Source: the human T2T-CHM13v2.0 reference genome, Homo sapiens. From it: 64,000 nt of DNA. The stretch is from NCBI RefSeq assembly GCF_009914755.1, contig NC_060931.1; one strand, given 5' to 3'. Below the pieces are notes generated by a model. The model was given only the letters and a program-made list of their open reading frames with translations, made no database searches and was not told the origin of the DNA. Shown here one piece after another: positions 39,531-54,617 of this stretch (the stretch's first letter is position 1; each line of letters starts with the position of its first letter). The position numbers and the translations under genes are program-made.

Positions 39531-42500
39531 TTTATAAAGGACAGTTAGGCTTCTAGAATTATTGGGAACACTGTATCTGAACTTGTCTGTGTTTGAGAGA
39601 AGAAACCTCCTTTGCCAAAACTGCTAATTTTAAAATTGCACTGAACGCGATCATTGCAGTAGCCTGTTGACACAAGTAAAAGCAAAAGTAAAGCAGAATT
39701 GCATAATAATTATTAAATCTCTTCTAATAGATTGCACCACTGTGGACATATTTGTTCATTTTACCAGTGATATTGGGACAAGAACAGTGGGTATCCGCTT
39801 ATTCCCTTCCTGGGCTCGTTCCAAGTGTGTGATCAGTAAACAGTGGCTAACAAAGGTCTTCAGCAGACAGATGTAATTTCTTAGATAAATGTGAGAAATT
39901 GGGAAATGTTGCATCTTCAGCTTCATTATCCTTGTGTATGAAGGGCAACGCCTTCCCTGTATATATGTGTATAGCCATCCATTCATCATTTAATATGTGT
40001 TTTTCTATGTGCCTGGACTATTTGCCTGTCAAAACCAATTTGCCGCTGTTTACAAGTTTTTCCTCCAGCGTCGGGATTCTCTTCTAAATGTAAGCCAGAC
40101 CGTGACCCACCTGAAGTGGTTTAAATGGGCCATCCCCAGGGGTACACAAATAGCTCCAATCAATAGCAAGGCCCCTTTTGTCTCGAGGCTCCAACTGTCC
40201 TTCCTCATTTCAAAGAAGGGGGAAGAGGAGCTTGCAGTTCTGTCCCCTCGGGGTGGGGGCCGCAGGCTCTGGTTCCTGTTGATCCCCTGGGACAGTTCCT
40301 AATTGCCTGACCACCTCCGCTCCAGAAAACAGCCCCGTGTCCCCGCCGCCTGCGGCCGAGGGCTCCTGTGGCACTGCTGCTCTTGCCCCTGCCTTAGCCA
40401 TTACCTCTCATTCTGCACCCATCCACTAATGAGAATAATTGGCTGCCCTCTGTACCCAGCAGCACAGGCCTGTCATCCCTCTGCCTCTGCCTTTCTTCAG
40501 CATGTGCAGGAAGAGTTTCCTTAGGCTGAAGCCGTCAAGTAAGGACTTTAAAAGTCATCCCACAGAACCAGGCCCGGGGCACAGAGTTTAATAATAAAAC
40601 CTCTCTGATGTTACGAGGCCACTTCGGGGACTGCACATTTCTCTGTTTTGTGGGATTACTACTGTTAAAAGGATTTTCTGTGATGGGGTCAGTAGAGTTG
40701 GGTGCTGGAGATGAGGGCATCTTCTGTATTTGCAGGAGCTTAAATCCAGAAAGCTCCAAGATGAGGGTGCAGTACCCTAGGCCTGTGAATATCAAAGTTT
40801 TCAGAAATGAAAGAGCCATGCCAAAGTGAATTTGCTTAAAAACATTTCCGCATAATCCTCTGGTCTGCACATCAGCTCTCTGTTTGCGAGTGTGTATCCT
40901 CCAGGGCACAGTCTCTGTGTCAGATCCGAGGCACAATGCAAGGAAAGCAAAGAGAAATAAATCACTTCCGTGGCTCCAGCCATAAGAAGTAGTTAGGACG
41001 CGTGTGCAGTAATAAAATATTTATAATAATAGGGAGGGTGTTTCTTTGAGAGGAGCATAGGGGTTATGTCCTTTATAAACGTTCTCCTGTTTATTTTTGT
41101 ATAAAAAATCATCTTGTTCTGGCTGAGATGGTCTCCTGGGCAACATATCCTACCAGCAAGAGGAGGCTGCCCTGCACTTCCGTTATTGACTGTGACCTTC
41201 TTAGACATCCTGTGACTATCACAAAAGCACCCGGAGCCACTGGTCAGAATGGGCCAACGTGACTGTTCCGGAGGGGAGCGCAGGCTCTTTGGAAGATGTA
41301 AATTCTGCAGTTTGTTATTCACAGTGCTGTTAAGAGTGGCCCCAGAGAAGTTGGGTGGCTCATGCAGGTGTAGTTCCTTATAACTCATAGTTATCTCTAC
41401 CATACTTCTCGGTAGAAGAGCAGTGTTTAAAAATGTATATATATTTAGGGAGTGCTTTACACCTTCACATCTCTTTTACATTCAGTGTCTCCTTTGACTC
41501 TTGCAACAAGAATGGAAATGCTACTGTCGTACCCACCTTAAAGAGGTGGAAACCAAGGCTCAGAGAAGTTTGGAATTTTCCCAACACCACCCAGCTTCTG
41601 AGTGGCCGTTGAGCAAAGTCTTCCGATGCTGGTTCCTCAGCTCTTCCCTGGAATGTGCATTGTGTAGCGTTGGGTCCACATGAGGAATCCTTCTTAAACG
41701 GCATCCTCATTCTGTCATAGTGATTACAGATGGTGCTTGGTGCCAGCATGCCCAGGCTACTCAGGTGCATGGTGTGGGCACAGAGCCAGTTTCTACCTTT
41801 TCCCAAATGGCTGTCTCAGTCCCATTTATTTTAAGCGTTCATCTTTTGTAGATGGTGAATGTAAGTGGAAATACCTGTCACACAGGTGAATCCATGCCAA
41901 GCCTTTCTCCCAGTGGCCCACCGCCTTGAGGACCATCATGCTACGTCGGTGATCTGAACACCACCTGAGAATTGCACGTGTACTTGCTTGGTGCAGGTCG
42001 TTCAGTAAAGGAGTCAGTGATGGACACACTAGGAAGCCAAAACATGGTTTGATAACTTGACTTTCATTTTTGCCCATCACGGAATAACGCTGTCCCTTCC
42101 CTGAGTCTCCCACCAGGCAAGCCCAGAGGCCACTTGCTCCTTTCAGGCAAGAGACAGAAGGAGGCCCGGTACCTTCTTGCTACTCAAGGGCCATCTGCTT
42201 ATCATCATTTGTTTTCTATCAAACAGGCCCCACCAAGTGTACATGGTCGGCGGCAAGAGGGAACGGGAGAATGCTCTCGGAAACTCCTGATTTTTGTGAA
42301 GAACCTTGTGTGACCATTTCTCGATTTCCTCACTTCATTTTCAAGCCCTCCTTCTCTTGGGAAAGTTGTTTTACATTTTAGGGCCTGAATTTCTGGGTTT
42401 CTTCTCTGCTTCGGTGTCAGCAGCCTTACTGATGTTCCGGTCCACGCGTGTCTGTCTCAGCTCCTTCCCCTTCGTGCTCAGGTGCCCTGCCCGCGTGGGA

Positions 42501-43534
42501 CCACACAGGTAATGGACATGGAATCTGCAGAACCACAGAGCTCAGAGATCAGCGTCCTGGAGGAGCCTGAAGATTTCCACATGCCGTGAAAAGCCAGCGG
42601 ATTTGCTGCCACTCAAGTGTGGGACTGTGAGGCAGGAGCCACTTCTGGGATAGAAATTAGAGGCTTTTGGAAGCTGCAGGATGACAGGGCAGTCACTCCT
42701 ACTGGGCATGCCCCTGGCTTTACCCAGAGGGGCTGATCCAGGAAAGCTCAATAAATTACCTGAGTCAGTTCAGTGCATTAACTTCTATAGACTGAATCAT
42801 GGAGAAACATATGCTAATCAAAATAATACAATGCAAATCTTCTCACAGTACACACAGCAATTTCCTAATTTATACACCCTAAGTCCTGAGTTGTGTACAT
42901 TATCTTTTTCATAAACACTACTTTAAATTTCCACCTTTAGTATGCTAAGAACATAGTACCCAAGCACTCACAGAGGTCTTCTACAAAGCAATTTGTCATA
43001 GTTAGTACTGGACTAGTATTTTAGAAATTTCAACACCTTTTCAAAGCCGCTGATTCTTGTTCTGGGATACACTTGGACAAACCTGCAATTCCTAAATGGA
43101 GCTCTGTCCCTGGACACCACAAGGCCGTGTGCTGCTTGCTTCTGGAAGTCTCCCCACGTTTCAGACTCACAAGAGGAAAGTGTTTCTCAAACTGATTTAC
43201 AGCAACTCCCCGATGGAAATCATGTCTGGAATTTTTCGTCCTAAGTCACTGTAGTCCCTAGACGAGTTACATGTAAAAAGCTGTAATTTTTTCTTAACCG
43301 TTATGTAGTTGAAATGTCAGTTCCATTTTGCCTTGAGCTTATAATCACTGTGAGATTAGAGCACACTTTTCAAAATCATCGAGTTGGGAAATAGTATTGT
43401 TTAGGGCTGACCTCTCAGCTCTGCTCTTGATTATTTACTTCCATTTCCCCCTAACCCTGCGGAATAACTGCGGGTAAACACCGTTCCTGGGTCCAGTTAT
43501 TTCCTTATCGTGATGGGCTTCCTTCGTGGCGCAG

Positions 43535-43716
43535 GTACCGCCTGGCTGGCCTTCCCGGAGAGTACCAGCAGCGGAACATCACCAGCCCGGAGGTGAACTA
43601 CTGCCTGGTGACAGACCTGATCATCTGGACACAGTATGAGATACAGGTGGCGGCGTACAACGGGGCCGGTCTGGGCGTCTTCAGCAGGGCAGTGACCGAG
43701 TACACCTTGCAGGGAG
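43535..43716 (+). CDS. SDK1: SDK1 internal coding exon (182 bp, phase 2 to 1), C-terminal part of an FN3 domain
   Basis: Acceptor GCAG|; donor GAG|GTAAGC. Reads [60 protein letters not shown]. Confidence 0.97.
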
Positions 43717-45430
43717 GTAAGCTTGTCTCCAAAACCACGAGGTGGCGGGATCTTTGCCGGGGAATGGGATTTGCAAGGTTTGACTGGAGTACGTTAGAAA
43801 GAAAAACAGAGAATCCAGTCCCCTAGGGAGCGTTTACAAGAAAATTCATCACGTATTTAATGGGATCTCTCCAGCTATTCCTCAATGAAAACAGAACCGT
43901 AGACAGGAGACAAATAATATTCCAACTGCTTTTTCAGTGACTAAGGAAGTTTCTGTACACGCCTTTTGACGGGTGCATCTAGTCTTGAAAAGTCTGTGGA
44001 ACTGGATTTTTCTAAATGGAATGATTGTAGGTTTTCACAGGAAAGCTGGCTGTGGAGTTCTGTGTGATACTGTGAGTGTTTTTCAAAGAGCACGATGATT
44101 ATTCACAGTTTTATTTTTAACGACGTAACGTGATTACTGGTAATCGAATTTGCAACGTGGTACTTTTTTTGGTTGTGCTTTTCAGTTATACAAGCAAACA
44201 ATCTACTAGGTCAATAAAAACTGCCCCCGACCCCTGGAAAAATTGACCAGACATAAACGTCATGAAGCCAGTGGTTCTTAAATATCCGTGGTGAGATCCG
44301 GGTGCGGCGTGGCAGGCTTTCCACAGCATCTGGTTCCTCCGCTGTTTTCTGAAAGATTCAGATCTCAGCCCCAGGAGGAGCCAGCATTGGGAGATCTCCT
44401 CCACATCTGCATTTCACTGTTACTGCTCTTAGCAGGAATAAACAGACCCTCTCCCAACACAGCCTCATTTGTCCTACAGCAGCCCAAATCCTTGCCCAGG
44501 GAAGTAATTTTTCTACTGAGTCTAAAATCCTTTTTCACTCTGCGATTTATGCCCTCGCCTGATTCACAGGTGTGATTTTATTTGCTTAGGCATTTTTATT
44601 GCTACCAGACCTTGACCTTTTTCAGATGACAAGGTTTCTGACTGCCCAATTCTCTCCCCAAATCATGCCTGAGACCTAATGTTCCTTGATATTACATGCT
44701 TTTATTATCATCCCGTATTGACTGGCTGTCTGTTGTCATCTGTAAGTCCATAAATCCTCCTTTATAAATTAAGTGCAGTCAGTTCTGCCTGCACAGCGAC
44801 TAGAAGAAATAATTAAAATGCAGGACAGCCAGGAAGGACCTGTCCATATGCAAGTAATTCTTGATTACTCATTTGAAAAGGAAAATGGCTGAAAACCTGG
44901 ACAGTTAACATTTGCTTTAACTGGTCTATTTAATAAATTAACAATAAACTTAGAAACACTTAAAAAGACTCATATTGCTATTAGTAATCCCTTATTACTA
45001 TTAACTGTGACTGTTTCATTTTATTTCCGGTGCATTTGAGTTCTGCATGGGGCAGAGGGAAGTGGATCTCCACCTAATTGAGAAGGGCTTTGAGGCTTTG
45101 GACTCTGGCTTTTATTCAGTTGGCAGTGGGGAACCATGAAAGGCTTAAGATCTGTGAGTGACATGAGCAAAATGCTGCATTAGGGGCGGAATCTGTGCGT
45201 GGGTGTGCAGGGAATGTAGGAGGCGGGGAGCAGAGAATGGCAGCAGGGACTCTAGAGACAAAAAAAATGAATTGATGAGTGTCCTCTAGCTCCAAAGGCT
45301 GGCAATGAGAAGAGATAGGGATGTAAGTTTAGGTGGGACGCCATTGTTTTCAAAACAGCTCTCATGGATTCCAGGGTTGTGCCTTCCAGCAACCCTGAAA
45401 ACGAATGCAGTTTCGGCCCCACAAGCACCT

Positions 45431-45524
45431 CCCAGTGCCTTCTGTACAACAGGGCTGGGTATAAAAACAGGAACAGGCCCAGTGCCTCCTGTACAGTGGG
45501 ACTGGGTATAAAAACAGGAACAGA
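45431..45524. repeat. 47-bp tandem duplication (2 copies)
   Basis: CCCAGTGCCTYCTGTACA...CTGGGTATAAAAACAGGAACAG starts at 45431 and 45478. Confidence 0.9.
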
Positions 45525-47769
45525 GCCCAGACCCTTCCTCAAAGTGCAGACAGTTTATAGGATACAGCAGGGCAAGTTTCATTTTCAGACACCTGTTCAT
45601 AGGAAGCTGAACATTAGCTAACTGGAATTTAGTTGGTCAGAAATCACACAGGCCACAAAGGCAGAACCAGCACTGACATCCAGGCTTCCAAGACAAGACT
45701 GCTGTTCTCTGAGTGACATCAGCTGCCTCTGACGTCAGTAGGACTTGAGATTTCAGAGGAGATTTGGCGAGGGACTGTGCTTAGCTAGTGGGCTGGGGTG
45801 CAGGGTTCCCCTAAGATAGTGGCACAGTGGGTGGGGTCCCGCCTCCATGTCCAAGTAGTCTTCTGGATGGGGAAATTACTAAATTATGCATTGCTCTGGG
45901 AATGAACTTTTTCCCATATGTGATGAGAACCTGACTTCGATTGGTCCAAATCTGGTTCATCATCTATACTTAAAAAAAAAAAAATGCTCTTCATGAGTGA
46001 ACGTTAGTGGATAATGCTGCACGTGCAGTTTCCCATCTGCAGCTCGGCTTCTGTAGCAGCACCATCCTTCCCTCACTTGGGTGTTTGACATTGGGGGTTG
46101 GTATACAGAGCCCCTCATGGGTCTCGGAGGGCCCAGCAGACACAGTCGTAATTCCTGTCTTCGTGTCTTCTTCATGTCTTCTGCCTCGGCACTCCTGGGA
46201 GCACCCTTATACAGATGTGGATGGCCCTCCCTTGTTCCCTTTTAAGCCTGGTGTGGAAACACAGGTGGCCCCGTCCTCCCTTTGAGGGACTCAGCCCTCC
46301 CTCTCTGGATGTCTCGGACTCCCGTGTGCTCAGTGGGATGGTAAATGCCTCTGGGGAATCTCCCTGGAGCTTGCTGGGATTGGGAAGGTCATGTCATGCT
46401 TTTCTTCCAGACCCTGACTCCAACCCTAAACCTATTCCTGGGCCACGAGGATGAACATCTCAGGCTTGTGACAGTCTCGGAGACGCCGGGCACCACCCAC
46501 CTGACCCTTCTTTGTTCGAGGGACATGCTTGAGTCCCAGGATAAATTGGGGGCTGATAACAGTTACTGGCCAGAGTGTTAGGACACTATCCCTTGGACGT
46601 GGCTGGGGTCAGGCACGTGGCAGGCAGCAGGAAGGGTGGTCCATGGCCTGGGGGACATGGCTGGCTTGGCTGGCTGCACAGCCTTGATGCCTCAGTGTAG
46701 TCAAATGCACTTATCCCTCTGTGCTATTCAAGGACCTCCCAGCCAGCCACGCTGCCGCTGAACAGAATGAAGCGAGCGTATGAATTCTGTCCTGAATCCA
46801 CGTTCCCCTCTGTGACAGTACATTGCTAGGAGATGACATCAGACCACCAGTCTAGAAAGAGCTGGGGAGGTGAAGGGAAGACGGGGGCAATGCTTGCCTG
46901 GCTCTGGAGGGGAAGATGCAATGAATGGGACAGAAAGGGATCTGCCTAGAAGGTGGCACATGAGGAAGCAGAGTGACAAGAGGGACTGTGAATGCATCAG
47001 GGGGACAGTGGTGGGGGCGCAGTGAGCGTGACGTTTCACACACACGTGTATATTCACACATCTTTCTGGATATGTGACCCCCAGAAAGAGCCCTTCCTGG
47101 GAGTCCATCCAGGCCTCACTCCATATTTACTACTAATGTGCCTTCAAGAAGCACCTGTGCCCGTTCTGAGCCTGCAGTTTTCATTTGTGAAACTGTGGCA
47201 TTTACACCTGTCCTGACTCAAAGGGCACTGTGAAGAGGAGATGAGATACTACGTGTGAAAAGGCTTTCAAAACAAGGAGACATCACACACATGCCAGCAC
47301 TGTGGCTTTGTCTGTATTCGTTTTTCCACTGTGATGAAGAGTGTCTACTAGGGTATTTGAATGCTTCCATAGGGGCCATTACACTGGAAGAGATCTGGGG
47401 GTCATCTCCCTACTGACAGTAACATCAAACAGAGACACTCAAGAATTGATGTGAGCACCTGCAGTTTGTGCAGAGTTGTGGGAAGGGCCCTGACCCCGAG
47501 GGTAGGGAAGATATCTGGTGTGTCATCATCCTTGGGGACCTGCAGTCTGGCCCTGGAGGTGAGACTGTCATTCATGAAATAAGAGCAGGAAGTAGAAAAG
47601 AAATCAGCCTCACTCATGCACGGTCACCCCTCATCTATCCACAGATCGGGGTACTGGGCGTGCTTTGAAGAGTCCTCAGTCAGCACCCAGAGGAACGGGC
47701 TATGGACACGAGGGTTGTGATCCACGTGGCGGGGACACCTCAGAGTTTGTGGCTATCTGTGTTGCTTAG

Positions 47770-48200
47770 GAATAGTGTCTGGCTGCTAGAAACAGACCCA
47801 CAGTGACAGGAGCTTAAACAAGATAGAGCTGTGTTTTTACTTTTCTCACATCAGGGGGTTGGGCAGTAGGTGGGGCAGTCATAGCAGCAGCTCCGAGGTC
47901 ATCAGAGATTCAGGGTTCTTTGTCTTTTTGGCTGCCACTTTAGCACGTGCCTCAGGTCACAAGCCTGCTGCTGCAGTGCCAGCCATTGCGTCCCCACTCT
48001 AGAAGGCAACAAGGAGAAAGCCTCAGGGTTGTGCCTTGGGAACGAGTATGCCCACCTTTAAGGAACTTTCTTAGAAGTTCCATTTGCTGCTGACTCTGCT
48101 TACAATTCCTGGAATTCTCTCCTTGTGGCAGAGGCTGGCAACGTGGCCTTCCAGCTGGGCACATATCTGTCCCTTGTTAAGGAAGGAAGGGGAAGCTCAC
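47770..48200 (-). mobile_element. Old MaLR (MLT1-type) LTR
   Basis: GGCTGCTAGAAACAGACCC...GCTTAAACAAGATAGAG...TTCTCACA resembles MLT1J/K in antisense; boundaries approximate. Confidence 0.5.
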
Positions 48201-48639
48201 AGCTTCTGCCTCACTTTCTAAGTGAGATGAAATCTGACAATGGGCTCCTGGCTTGCCTCACACAGAATGAAAACTGCAAAAGCACAGGTCCTTCAGGCCA
48301 TGACTTCCCACCCATCCCCTGAGGGCTCCTCAGCCTCAGGCCCCCAGCTCCATGGGGCTGTTTGGGCATTAAGTGCTAAATGCTTATTTGCTGCTGGGAG
48401 CCCCACTTAGGGGCTTGAAGTACCCCCAGCTATTAGCACTGATTGTCAAGGCAGCCTAGGGGCTTGAGCAGGTCCTTGAAGCTGAAAAGGGAGTAATTAA
48501 AACGCCTGTAAACTGAAAGGGAAAGCATAACTCATAAAATTAATTATTTGTCGGCATAATTTGGGAAATTATTGGAATGTCTACAAAGAGAATTCGACAG
48601 CATGTCAGAGAGCATGCAGAAGGCAGGAAATGCCCAGCC

Positions 48640-48880
48640 AGGAGAAGAAGGAAGCCCTAGGCCAGCCAGCCTCATTTCTCCTCCTCCCTTCAGTGAGTGG
48701 CAGCTTGAGGTATCCGGGGAAATGAGATGTAATTCATCTTGACTTTAATAAGGCCCTTGGATTGAGCTCCTCCTGAGAAAGTATCCGAATGCCCGGGAAA
48801 GATGGTGCAGCGTGCGCTACCATTAGGCGGGTGTGGAACTTGCTAGGCTGCCGTCTCAAAGAGAACTCAGCAGTGACACA
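48640..48880 (+). mobile_element. L3/CR1 LINE reverse-transcriptase relic
   Basis: GATGTAATTCATCTTTGACTTTAATAAGGCC is a decayed version of the CR1 RT motif DVIYLDFSKAF. Confidence 0.6.
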
Positions 48881-49072
48881 GCATATGCCTGGGCTGAGGG
48901 AGGGAAGGGCATGCAGGCTGCCCTGGTTGGCACAAGCAGCAGGCAGGGAGCAATGGAGAAGCTGTCTGCTGCAGGGGGAGGTAGCAGCTCATTCTTCTAG
49001 AGCATACATTTTTGGTCTCAAATGTGTTTCCTTCCAGGCAACTCCTTAAGGAAGATCAGCAGTATGTAGTGA

Positions 49073-49437
<365 letters not shown>

Positions 49438-51375
49438 CTTGTTTTTCTTTTCAATCCCATTTATGGCTCAGATATATTTACAATGCATGGTTTGTCCACT
49501 CCAGTTCTTCGCAAGCTCTCGGCATGGGCTAGCACCTTGGACACATGGGGATTACTTAATATAAACTTTCTAACTTTCCTGACTTTTCTTATCCCCCTTC
49601 ATCCACCATCCCCCATTATCTTGTCGGCCAATCCCATTTAATAGATTTTATTAACGGTGACTCCATGACCTTTTCAGCTCAAGGCATTTTAAAATGGGAC
49701 ATATTAACTTACAAATTGAGCAGCAAAGCTCTAATACAGTTTCAGCCAAGTGAACTTTCTGAGGGGTGAGAGGAAAGGTTGGTGCTCTCACAGAAGCTGT
49801 GGCCTGAAACTCCAACAGACTCAGTTCCGCATATCAAATTTCCATGATGATTACCCACGATGAAATGGAAAATAACTGAAATTTACTCGAGAATTTTAAA
49901 TTTAAATAACCGAAATGGACTCAGAAATCAATACGCTTTTGGTGTCGAGTGGAAAAAATTCCGCGGAGTGTAAGTTGTGTATAACCGAGTGCCCAGTATA
50001 ATTAGAAACATTTTTCTTACTGCCAGTGTTTACTTCAGCAACTTTCTAATAGTGTAGCTTGGGAGGGAGAGTACTATAGTCATTTGAAGCAATCAGTAGT
50101 TCATATCGATGCTGACTCGCTGTTTGGCTCACAAATTCAGTTTTTGTTAGAAATTGTTCAAATAATGATGAAAGACACAGGAAGAAAGAATGTGGCTGTG
50201 AAGTTTTCAGGTGAACCTGAGTGTGGAACACTGGACACTGCCAGGATATAAAATGTAATCGATTACAGTTTTGTCCTAAAACAAGCCTGTATGGATTAGC
50301 AAACTCCTTCTATACATTTTTTGAATTCATCCATTAAGACGCAGATGTTGGTTTTTCTAGAAGGGGTCCAGAGACAAATTATGCTATAAATCATCATTCT
50401 GAGCACACCAAGATTTTCCTTTTTTTCTGGTTTTATTTCTTTATCATTTTTCTTCTTGTAACAGGTATATTTGTGCTGTAATGATTTATTCTGGTTTCAG
50501 AACATTACCTTATAATGAAAGAGAAATATTTCATATTTTAAAAGAAATGGAAAAAACATTTGGTTATCCACATTTCTAAAACATTAGTAAAAGCTCCTAA
50601 ATGTTCACTTGGGCTTTGAAAGGTTTTCTAAAGTAAGGATTATAAATGAGCACTCTGTTTGCAAGCCCCATTCTTATCTCCTCTTGGGAAATTCTCAATG
50701 TGGCATTAAATGACATTGCACAAAAGATTTGTTTCTCAAGCCCTACAAGACTTTCTAGACCTCAGGCTGTACCTGCAGAATAGGATAATGTTCCAGATTC
50801 TCCCAGCGTTGCCTAAAACACTAAGTAAAAACTGAACAAAATAGATATGGAATATTCCATTAGGGGTGGGCTTCCTTTGGTCTTTTAGAACCTACAGGAA
50901 GACAAAGGACAGGAAGCTCATGCTTTAGGGGAAGCCACTGTGTACCAGCCTTCACCATGCTGTGCCACGTCCTTACATTCACTGTCTTACTCCATTCATC
51001 CCTGGGGGTCACATAAGATAAGCATCATATCCCTATTGGACAGAGGCAAAGATGGAATCTCAGTGAGGTAACTCACTTTCCCAAGGTGATATAGCTGGAC
51101 AATGCTGAGAAATGCCGGAGCCGAAACTTAAGTCTGCTGGGCTCCCAAGCCCAGGCTATCATCTGCCATTACTACAGTTTATGTTTTTTGTTTTTGTTTT
51201 TGTTTTTCATTCTGTGTATATCAGCCCTGGTGAAAAATGACTTCCAGATTCCCACAGCCGCATTATGTGGAATAGAAAAGACATGGGCGTGCTTCTCACT
51301 CTGCCGCCGTAGAGGGTGGGTTTGCAGTGGTTTCTGAGCACTTTGGACTGCGGTGCACAATGAGAACTCTATTTT

Positions 51376-51380
<5 letters not shown>

Positions 51381-51414
<34 letters not shown>
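51381..51414. repeat. (CA)17 microsatellite
   Basis: Directly visible. Confidence 0.95.
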
Positions 51415-51419
<5 letters not shown>

Positions 51420-54400
51420 AGCATCCATGGAACAATAGTGACTCTCCCAGTGTATGTGTACTTTGGTATTTTCTGTTCTATTCCATTCTGTTTCATTCTT
51501 TAAAACAATGCTGCTGTGACCACGGAATTGATTTCCCTATCCACGAGTGTATTTGTGACCTACAGTTTGAAAAATCCTGAATTCCAGCAATACAGCAACA
51601 CTGTTTGGTTTGACTGATTCTTGCCTCCCTTTCGGAAAAAGCTTCCGCCGAACAGAGGATTCATCAGGGTCTCGGCTATGAAGCCTGTCTTATCCTTTCA
51701 ACTGTAAAGACAGACGGGTCTGAGTGAGGGCGTGAGCAGGGCCGCCAGCCGAGGCACATAGCGGAGGACTGGGGTGGAGCAGGGCAGGTAGGGTTTAGCA
51801 TCTGTATCGGTGCAGATCACCTCTGTGCACACAGAGAAGGGGTTCCTGGGACTTACCCTTCACCTGCCGCTAGAGGACATGTGGAAAAATAAACCAATCT
51901 AAGTTACTGTGAGCATCACCTTATTTTGTGATTCGCAGGCCTGTCTTTCCTGCTAGCCTAGGAACCCTGTGAGGGCAGGGGCTGTGTCTGATTTGTCTTT
52001 TTCATATCTGTATCCCCATATCCAAGCACAATGCCTGACCTATAAGTAAACAAAGCATAAAATAGATGTCTGATTGAAAACACAGGGCTTATTGTTCCTG
52101 TTTCAACACCCAGTGCTGCACCACTTTAATCTCCATCTTCAGCACCATAGCCTGCCTTCTGCCCTGACTCTTGCTGTCTCGAAGTCTCGGAAGAAAGCAG
52201 TCCTGAGCCCTGTCACATGTGAGTTAGGCCTTCCTGTCTTTCTGCCTTGTGATGTCCAACAGCAACCCTTCCTGGGTGCCGCCCACACTGAGCCTGGCTT
52301 TGCTCAGGAGCCTAAATGCAGAATCTTTCCTCCTCCCCCTCCCCTGCTGGAAATGCTGAATCCGGGACTGCAGCCCAGAAGGCGCATGGGGAAATTAGGT
52401 CCACGAACGCGTCCCCAGCGTTGGGGAGGTATGCCACTCAGCACCCTGGACACGCCAGGCCGCAGCGCTGGTCTTCCACAGTCCCCATGCTGTATGGAAA
52501 AGGCCCCTTGCCCCACGGCTGGAGAGGGGAGCTGGTCGTGGGAAGAGTGGAAGAGAAACCACAAACATGCAATTTTCAGATGCGGAGAATGCAGAGACAG
52601 GGCATGGGAAGTGGGGGTCGGGAGAGGAAGAGGAAGAGACACCAAGTCGGCAGGAGCCCAAGCGAGTGGCCAGAGCTTCCACCCTCGGTGGCCTTGGGCC
52701 CATGTTTTAGAAGCTCAGCGTTTGGCATGGGCGAAGATATATTTTAGGAATGAAACTGGTATTTTGTGAATAGAAATAACATCTTGTTCCTAACTGACTT
52801 CAGAGTCAGACGACTGGCTTCACGAGGGCCCGGTGTGCAGACAGCCTGCCAGGGCCTGCGGGCTCTCCCCACGTGCTGTGCCCCCACCCCAGCCCAAACA
52901 CTGGCCCCAAATGCTTCTCTTCAATGCCTGGCAAGTAAAGATTTGGAAAAAAAAATAAGTTCAGAAAGGAACACACAAAACTTTTTAAGTGTTAAAGTAT
53001 TTTCTTCTGAAGGCCATCAGAAAAGAAACTTGAGCTTATTTGTCAAAGGTTTGTTAACCTAATAATGCCGTAGAAATGTTTAATGCAGTGAGAACCTTCA
53101 GGTCTATCAAAACTGCAAGCACCATAACAACGCGAGAACTCAGCCGTGGCCCATAACAATCTGGAATTAACGATAACACCCGGCACACAAACGGCAATAT
53201 GTACACCCACCCAGCGGTGTGCGGCCGGTGACTCTACCAGGTAACGAACTCACCGCTCCCTGGTTTCAAAGGCGTATACATTTAATTCTATGTGGTAACC
53301 TGGAGAAATGGACACCTGTGAATCCCTGCTGTGTTCTGGATAGATGCATCAGTCCCTTATAGTTTAAACCATGTACATTTGGGATCATGAAAAACGGTGT
53401 GTGCTGTTGTGCAGGACGTGAAGATTTGTGCTTCTTGCATCGTGGGGTAGAAGCAGCTCCCCCACTGGCTGCTCGGCTCCCAGCCCCTGGCTTGCTAGAG
53501 GAGATCGGAGCCAGCAAGTGGTCCCTGAATGGTCCAGTGAAGGCTGCCGAGCACCCAGGAGAACTGATACTGCACCTGAGGGTCATGGACGATGAAATTT
53601 CACTGTGTAGAGAAACTGAGATTTCACGGTTTATGTGTAACAGGGAAGGTGGTGTTGCTTTAGTAAATAGAACTGGGCATGTTAGAATATCGGCAAGTGC
53701 ACTCTAATTTCCTCCTGTGCCAAATCCAGCTGATTTTACAGCATTCTCAGTGGGCTCCTTAGCATGTGTAGGTGGGGTTTGCACAGTCCCGTAGGGATAC
53801 TAAGTAGGATGTAGAAATTGCTCATTCCTTACTGCAGAGGCCTGGATATTCACATCCACCTGGCCCAGGAGGGCCTATGAATTGCTCTCCCAGCACCTCC
53901 TAATATCAGTTTATTAATTTTATTTGACATGTTGCAAATCTCCAAAACATCCTAGAGCTCCATGCTTAGCATGAGTTTCCTCGGATTAACCATCATTTTC
54001 TACTATTTCTCCGTTTATGTAGATGGAAGAGAAGATGAATAGTAATAATCTTTTCTCAGGGGTGTTGCAAATAAGCTTTATATTAATTTCATCACATTAT
54101 ATGACTTAAATATCAAAAATAAAAATGTGTGTCTCTCTCTTCAGCAGCAGGGAAAATACCTGCTGGACGTAGTCACAGACTCTGTGGGCTTTAACTGGCA
54201 GCAAACGGTCCTGGTAGAGGAGAGGAGAAGGGGGAGAAGGGGCTTGTGGGAACGAGAGTAGGGGCTTTCTATCAACCAATTAATTAGGATCTAGATAGAA
54301 TAAAAGCAACAAGCAGGGGAAGAATGGAGGAGGGGAGGGAGAGAGGGAAGAAAGAAAGGAGCAGAGAGGAAGGTAGGCAATTAGGTAAGAAGGGGAGGAG

Positions 54401-54442
54401 GAAGGAAGGGAGGAGAAAATAAGTAGAAAAGCAAATTGACAG

Positions 54443-54617
54443 TGGTGGTTCTCAGAGATGGTCTGTGGACCCACAGAATCAACATCTCCTAGGAACTTGT
54501 TAGAAATACAAATTCTCGGGCCTTACTCCAGACCCACTGAATCAGAAACTCTTACCATATGTGTTTCGACATGCCCTCCAGGTGACTCTAACACCCACTC
54601 TAATTTAGGAACCTTCT
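54443..54617 (+). mobile_element. MER5A (hAT-Charlie MITE)
   Basis: GTGGTTCTCA...GGAACTTGTTAGAAATACAAATTCTCGGGCC...CTGAATCAGAAACTCT...GCCCTCCAGGTGA. Confidence 0.85.

Noticed and set aside
52074-52769. 231-aa ORF and overlapping ORFs
   Set aside because: TTG start, no domain, no splice-compatible link to SDK1, and several frames are open in GC-rich sequence.
53120-53265. CpG-rich patch as a CpG island or RNA gene
   Set aside because: Under 200 bp, with no recognisable RNA structure or family.
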